64,000 bases of DNA from Eledone cirrhosa. Taxonomy: Eukaryota. This document shows positions 56,733 to 64,000 of this stretch, in pieces. The translations under genes and the position numbers were made by a program. The DNA lies in assembly GCA_964016885.1 (NCBI GenBank), contig OZ024741.1:159526001-159590000 (forward strand). Reading direction: 5' to 3'. The notes under the pieces were generated by a model that saw nothing but the letters and a program-made list of their open reading frames with translations, was not told the origin of the DNA and searched no databases. Positions within the stretch are counted from its first letter, which is position 1; each line of letters opens with the position of its first letter.

Positions 56733-57899
56733 TCTCACAAGAATGAGAGATGGGGAGAGCGGGAGAGACGGAGGTAGTGACAGTGAGTGTTTGGACCTGG
56801 TGTATATGTATGTGTTTCACAGACACATACTCAATATTTAGCTTATTTAAGCGGTCTTGACATGACCGACTATAACCGACAATATACTGACCATAACTGG
56901 ACATTGCTGTGACCACCTGGACATAAGAGTGTATGTGATCCCTCTCTGCCTGTTCATATATTATCAAAGTTAAGCCAACACCACCAACATCAACACCAAC
57001 AAGATCACATGACATGATAACCTACCAATGATCGATGAGACTTCTTTTCATATTAATAGAGAACATTATGGAGATGTTCATGTCACACATCCACACTCAT
57101 ATACAACTTACATACTAGTCACATATATATATGACTAATATGTAAGCTGTATTCACACACACGCACACACACATATATACGAACACACACATATATAGAG
57201 AGAGAAATACACACACACACATACCAGTCACACACATATGTATACGTATTCATACACTAGTCATATATATATACGTACACACAAATTACACACTAAACAC
57301 ACTAAAATTCTTCCAAAGAACTATCAAACAGTCCTACTAATGTGCCTACCACACGTCCACTTCAATCGAACTGGCAACATTCCTGCTGTGGTTTGTAATA
57401 TGATTTTGAACTTTGGCACAAGACCAGCAATTTTTGGAGAAGAGAAATTATAAACCAAGAAGTCACGTAAGTTATGGGTGCGCTTGAAGGAGGAGAAAGG
57501 GTGGATGGGAGTGAGGTGGAGGGTGGTGGGTCGGATTGGAGGAAGCGAAACGCTCGCATGATCTGACGACTATAGTCCAAACCGCTCTCACCCGTGCCCA
57601 CTAAAATAACTGCACCACAGTCCTGTCACCACATCTCCACCCCACTCCCTACTGCATCGTCTTTTATCTCACATAACCCCACCCCTTTATCACCCCTCAC
57701 TATATTGCTGGACATCTCCGTGACATTCGTCAAGCAAACGATTCCCCTATTTCCGGCCTCCTACTTAGACTTACCTATGACACCGACTACCTAGACAGCC
57801 ATGACCTTAACCGTTTCTGCCCCAGTAGACCCATAAGAGGTAGATCCCCCCACCATAACCTCAACGGCAAAAAAGACCAAAGCCATACGGACCCCCAAA

Positions 57900-59644
57900 A
57901 CAATGATAAGGTAAGAAAAATGGTCGCGATTCAATAGGGGTTAGTATTAAAACTACCCTAAAGGGCCACATATTCAAATTCAACAAGAAGATCTACACCC
58001 AAAATGAGGGAGCAGCCATTGGCGTCAGCATAGCTGGTGATGTTGCCAACCTTTTTATGGTATGGTGGGAAAGGAGACTCAAAGATCTCCTTGATGAGAG
58101 CTCCATAGACCTCATCATGTACTCTCGTTACGTAGACGACATTAATATAGTAATAAGGACCCCCTCCCCACACGAGAGTACTAACAAGTATGATTTAGAA
58201 TGTAGCACAATGGAAAGCATCCAACAGATAGCTAATTCCATACACCAGAGTATAACTGTAACTATCGAATACCCTTCCAAACACCCTAACAGTAGACTAC
58301 CTGTATTAGACACGGAACTCTGGATTAACACTATAGACGAGAGGGCCCAAATTCTCCACCCACACTACGCTAAACCCATGACCTCCAAATACCTGATACT
58401 CAAAAACTCAGCAATGTCCAGTAGTGCTAAGTTTAATATTCTGATCGCAGACTTGGTACGAGTGATGAAGAACGTGTCCCGCATGTGCGACCCAACAGAA
58501 ATGGAAAGACATAGCTAACACTTCATCAACCACATGCAGTTCTCTGGCTACAACCAAAGAGACAGAATCAGAGTATACGAAGGAGCCACGGAGAAGTATA
58601 AGACCCTCATAGAACTGGACATGAAAGAAATTTGCGCATTATACAGGAGCAAATCATGGAATAGCTTAGATAGGACTAAACATAAGATAGGGAAAGCCAC
58701 CTCATGGTACGACAACCAGAGATACCAGAGTGTCATGTTCGTGGACGCTACCCTTGGAGGGAAATTAGCTAACCAGTGTAGAAAGGCCCCGAGAAAGACC
58801 CACTTAAAGATTAAAGTAGTAGAAAAGCCAGGAACTACCATAAAATCCATGATAAAAAAACACACACCCTTTTAAGAAAACCCACTGTACTAATAGGAAA
58901 TGTATTATATGTAAAGTAAACCCCCGGATAAACTGTAAAACTAGAAACGTAGTCTATAGCATAAGATGTACAGAGGGTACTTGCAGAAACATGACAACAA
59001 CATACATAGGCGAGACATCATAGGTGAAAGGATAGACCAACACTGTGGGGGGGGGGGACTAAAAGGACGAAAAAACGGTTTAGTACTATACGAACACACC
59101 AGACAACAACATGATGGTAACATAGACAACATACATAGAAATTAAAATAATTGTTTCTACTTTTGTCACAAGGCCAGCAATTATCCTAGGGTATTACTGG
59201 TACTTTATTTTATCGACCCCATAAGGATGAAAGGCAAAGTTAACCTCGGCGGGATTTGAACTCAGATCATAAAGGGCCGTAACTCTATGCGTCAAAGCAT
59301 GACGTCAGACTCTACCGATACTGCCAATTCACCGCCTTATAGAAATTAAAATAATATCTAAACATAGAAATGACCCAGTAGATAGGCAAGTGAAATAGAA
59401 CTTAGATGGCCAGAAAAAATGAATGGAATAACAACAACACCCAAACAAACAATACTGACTTAAGAGAAATATAAATAAATAAATAAATAAATAAATATAT
59501 ACACAAGCACAATAACAACAAACACATAAGCACACACTAGTAAACTAAGATAGAATACAATAACCAAACACAGTCACCCAAACGCGAACACACACCAAGC
59601 ACTATACACACACGCAAACGCATGCGCAGAGAAGAAGACAAAAA

Positions 59645-59683
<39 letters not shown>

Positions 59684-60000
59684 ACAAACAAAATAAAGAT
59701 GGCGTAGATATACAATACAACAGGAGGAACATAATAGCACCACTGACGATCTTGCAGATGTGCAACGAAAGAACTTTGTTAGACTATATATATGTGTTTA
59801 TATCTATATTATATCTGTATTTTTGACCGTTGGTCAGTCAATGGTAAACATTGAGGACAAAATGAATTAAATGATATAAAAGATACAGAAGCGAAAACCA
59901 ACCAAACAGTGAGTGTGTTATTAATTCTGGCCATATTATTACAACATGACTCTCCCCAAGTATAACAATATTTGTTTCGACACACGATTTCATATAAAAA
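57900..60000 (+). mobile_element. Penelope-like element (YVDD-type RT plus GIY-YIG) with 3' pLTR; subclade uncertain
   Basis: FNKKIYTQNEGAAIG..ANLFM..YSRYVDDI..LPVLD..YAKPM..SGY..SVMFVDAT..IKVVEK..NVVY.I.C..YIGET; stops and frameshifts; HHR-like CTGACGA at 59743. Confidence 0.85.
59148..59337 (-). mobile_element. Nin SINE with ~16-bp TSD
   Basis: TAGAAATTAAAATAAT on both flanks. Confidence 0.9.
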
Positions 60001-60057
60001 ATGTCGTAAAACAAATATATATATATAAACATATGTATATATATACATATATGTATA

Positions 60058-60154
<97 letters not shown>

Positions 60155-60161
60155 GTACATA

Positions 60162-60205
<44 letters not shown>

Positions 60206-60229
60206 GTATATATATGTACGTATATATAT

Positions 60230-60297
<68 letters not shown>

Positions 60298-60314
60298 GTA
60301 TATATATGTACGTA

Positions 60315-60367
<53 letters not shown>

Positions 60368-60869
60368 CATATACATATGCATATACATTCACCTATGTAT
60401 GTGCATTTACAAATATCTATATATATCTATATATGAATGTACGAACAGTATATTTAATTATATACTCTATGTTTATTTAAAAACATTTTGAAAGCCATTC
60501 GCTACTTATTTTAAAGTAGTCTCGACAAAAGCAAAGGGGAGTAATCGACGGTGACCGTTTCTCACTTGTAAGTGGTTGTCAAGACTACATACCCATTCGC
60601 TTCTGCCGAGAGTTATAGAAGCTGGATTCTTATAGAATTCCAGTTATGTTCATGAGCTGTTTAAGCTCATTAACAAACAGAACCGGCCCAACAAAAATTA
60701 GAAATTACTATTGGTGCTTTGAAATAGCGATGTATATATGAATGGTCTTCAAAGTGTTTTTAAATAAATATACAGTACATTATTAAATATACTATTGGTA
60801 TATATATATATACGTGTGTGTGTGTGTATGTCCGAAAATTAAAATTCTGCGTATCTAATATATATATAT

Positions 60870-61820
60870 TAGGGTGGCCCTTAGCAATACGTAATTTTCC
60901 GAAAGTTAAAATGTTGCTGCTCCTACACCCTAATCCTGTTTCAATCAACAAAATCACAGGGTCTGAAAAATTTCAGCTCAATCGAACAACTGTTAGGGGA
61001 CCCTCAAACGCATTTAATTTGAAACATAGTATACGCAACGATTAATTCTGTTCAAAAGTGGTACACTCTCGATCATTTTCTTTTATTTATGTGGACACAT
61101 CCAGGCAAATTTACCAATAGTTAATTTGAAAAATTCCTGAAATAACATGAAAAATTTTAAAAATATTAGGTCGTTTAATAAAGCACACAACATCTATAAG
61201 AGAAACGCATTTTTATTTACAACAATAATTTATATAGAATCAAAAACATAATGTGAACACTGAACATTGAATATTGAACATATTAACTTTACCTTTCATC
61301 CTTATAGGGTCGATAACTAAAGTACCAGTAATACACTGGGATAATTGCTGGCCTTGTGCCAAAAGTAGAAACAATTATTTAAACAATTATTATTTAAAAG
61401 TAGAAACAATTATTTGTGCATAAGAGAGGATTTAGTGGCAGTTGGGTATGTTTTACGGTTTTCGGTAACGATCTGTAAAACAAATTGTTTCTCAGTTTCA
61501 TCTTTTGTGAGAATGTTATTGTAATCCCGAATGAGTTTAACATCTCTTTCTGCAACATCATTCACAACAACTGTCTTCTCAAGTTTTTCAAGTCCACTTT
61601 TGTAACCAGGATCATCCTTCCATGTTGAAGGGTCTTTGTCGAGGAATTCGGTGCGGATAGAAAATCTCGCGAAGAAAGTTTTTGTACCAGGAGTTACAAA
61701 AGACGAAAACTCGATATTTGTAAAAGAAGAAAAGTAATTTTGGTGCAGATTGTACCTCTTCAGTTGATTTTTTCACCTTTGTCTGCTTCCAGCATAACTT
61801 GAGCAATATTTGCCTTAACC
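60870..61820 (-). mobile_element. hATm-type DNA transposon 3' remnant
   Basis: FLDKDPSTW..VVVNDVAERDVKLIRDYNNILTKDE..QFVLQIV..NRK.YP at 61420-61670; terminus TAGGGTGGCCC; SINE fragment at 61285-61378. Confidence 0.7.
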
Positions 61821-61824
61821 ACCC

Positions 61825-61995
61825 CTTGCTCTCCTTGCCCTCCTTGCTCTCCTTGCCCTCCTTGCTCTCCTTTTCTCCTTGCTATCCTTTTCTCCTTGCT
61901 CTCCTTTTCTCATTGCTCTTATTGCTCTCATTGCCTTCCTTTTTTTCTTGTTCTCATTTTCTCATTGCTCTCCTTTTATCCTTGCTCTCCTTGCT
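61825..61995. repeat. 9-bp tandem repeat (CTTGCTCTC)n
   Basis: Degenerate 9-mers. Confidence 0.7.
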
Positions 61996-62280
61996 CACAG
62001 TGAAAAATAGGTGTTTGCCCTATACCTGCGCACTGTCCCCAGCTTTGCAAATTGCCTTCCCCATTATATTTATTGTCACTTATCCTTCTAATACCAAGAA
62101 TAAGTCTGAACAAATTTTTAATTTAAGAGAAAATAATATAAGAGATAAAAAGTTGGGCGAAATCTTCAAAGTTTCACGGTTGATGAGGGTCGCCTTGCAG
62201 TTGTCCGTTTTGCATAGATTGGTCTTTTGTAAATTGGAACAAGATGGGTGGGTAGGAACTAAACCTTTAGCAAGTTGAAA

Positions 62281-62470
62281 AATAATTGTTTCTACTTTAG
62301 GCACAAGGCCAACAATTACCCAGTGCATTACTGGTACTTTATTTTATCGACCCCTTAAGGATGAAAGGCAAAGTCAACCTCGGCGGGATTTGAACTCAGA
62401 TCGTAAAGGGACGTAACTATGCTGGAAAGCATGGTGTCCGACCCTCTACCGATAGTGCCAATCCACCGCA
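62281..62470 (-). mobile_element. Nin SINE with ~16-bp TSD
   Basis: CAAGTTGAAAAATAAT on both flanks. Confidence 0.9.
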
Positions 62471-62574
62471 AGTTGAAAAATAATGGCCACCCGTTATTTT
62501 TATTTTTATTATTATTTTTTTTCCACTAACTCCTCTTCACTCCTTCTCGAAGTTCACACTCCTCCTCCTTCCCA

Positions 62575-62612
62575 CCACTCTCCTGATGAAGGGCTTCTGC
62601 CCAAAACGTCGC
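62575..62612 (+). ncRNA. Degenerate minimal hammerhead
   Basis: CTGATGA-AGGGC-TTCT-GCCC-AAAAC-GTC (G12 replaced by A). Confidence 0.45.
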
Positions 62613-62690
62613 TCTCTCAATAAGCGTGAAACTAATACCTTTCGTAACTTGTACTCCTGTGTTTTTGTTTTTTACTTTCTCATATATATA

Positions 62691-63125
62691 TAATATAGAA
62701 AAGGCTTCTACAGGACTAGAACTATTTCATTCGGGAGAAATCATCAGGAAGCCGACTGTCCAAGTAATATGGTGGTATTTATATCTTTTCTGTGGTAGGA
62801 GAGGGTGGTGATTGGGATGGGTGTGGTACCCCCAGGGTGAACTTGTCTATAGAATTTTTTCGGCGTTTGTTACTCTAAATATAGTTTTTAAAGAATTCCC
62901 TTCCATCAACCAATGACCTCCACCCATCCCAATCACCAGCCTCTCCTACCACCAGAAAAGATACAAATACCACCATATTACTTGGACTGTCGGCTTCCTG
63001 ATGATTTCTCCCGAATGAAACAGTTCTAGTCCTGTAGAGGCCTTTTCTATATTAAATATTTATACTCTGCTTTGTATTGAGTACCTTACCTACTGTGGTT
63101 ACCCCCGATTGAACCCGGAATAAAC
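62691..63125. mobile_element. Fold-back unit with a hammerhead-like core on both arms plus a conserved tail
   Basis: Arms 62691-62826 and 62919-63054; CTGATGA at 62998, GAAAC at 63017; tail 63050-63123 matches 28226-28301. Confidence 0.8.
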
Positions 63126-63126
63126 T

Positions 63127-63260
<134 letters not shown>

Positions 63261-64000
63261 AAGTCGACCTTTGCTCTGTTGTTAAAATGTGTGAAAGTTA
63301 CTTCTCGCGCATCACAGGTGCAAAAACCTTCGAACCTCAAGGAAAAAAAACAGAGGTTAGTAGACGCAGGTGTGTAATTGAGTATAAATAATGGATTAAT
63401 TGTAGGGTCAGAGTGTATCATTGAAATTGTTCTTTGCACGATGACAGAAGTCAAATTCACTTGAAATTGAATTTTCAGTTGATTTCTAAAGCAGGGTGAA
63501 AAAGTCGATTTCTTCACCGTTTTTTTTTTACAATTTTCGCGCTCACATGTGCAGAAGAAGAAATAAAAGGGACTTTATCTGAACCGCGGCAAAATGGCGA
63601 GTCTTTAGCGAAAGTTTTGCGACATTGTCAAATGTACAACCGTACAAGAGCAAAGGATATAGCCATTGAAATCTAGGTAGACCAAAGAATTTGGTGGGCT
63701 TGTATATCAGAGGATTGTTTTTCTTGTGATTCGCGTCTAGCCTACAAAGTGAAGTTAGATGATTGTAGTCGGTGTTGTATCACTAAAAAATAAAAGCATA
63801 CGGAAGACTGAACACTTACGAATTAAGTGAAAATCACGTTGATATTCCTATCGGAGCAACATGTGCCGAAAAACCTGACGGACTGTTGTGTCAATATTGA
63901 AATCGTAGAAATTGCGAATCCCGACTTCTAAGATGTAATGGATAGGCCTTGGAGGTGAAGAGGAAGAATTGGTACAAGGGAGAGGGAAGGACTTGATAGT

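Overview
AT-rich, repeat-saturated eukaryotic DNA with no recognisable intact host gene. The Nin-domain tRNA-SINE and the (TA)n/(CA)n load suggest a cephalopod, most likely Octopus (inference). Most of the supplied ORFs are microsatellite read-throughs. Decayed mobile elements present: a Tx1/L1-type LINE (1-3672), several Penelope-like element (PLE) remnants, a Chapaev3 DNA transposon with TIRs and a TTA TSD, a Tigger/pogo transposase, an hATm remnant, CRE, R4/Dong, CR1 and RTE LINE pieces, MITEs, and about 30 SINE copies. The most striking signal is more than a dozen type-I hammerhead-ribozyme (HHR) motifs from about 10 different sequence families. Most lie in short non-coding fold-back (inverted-duplicated) units embedded in (TA)n tracts, and three families can be tied to PLE 3' ends inside the window. 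Perfect palindromes and (TA)n-centred inverted duplications recur throughout. Coordinates were read by eye and may be off by a few bases.
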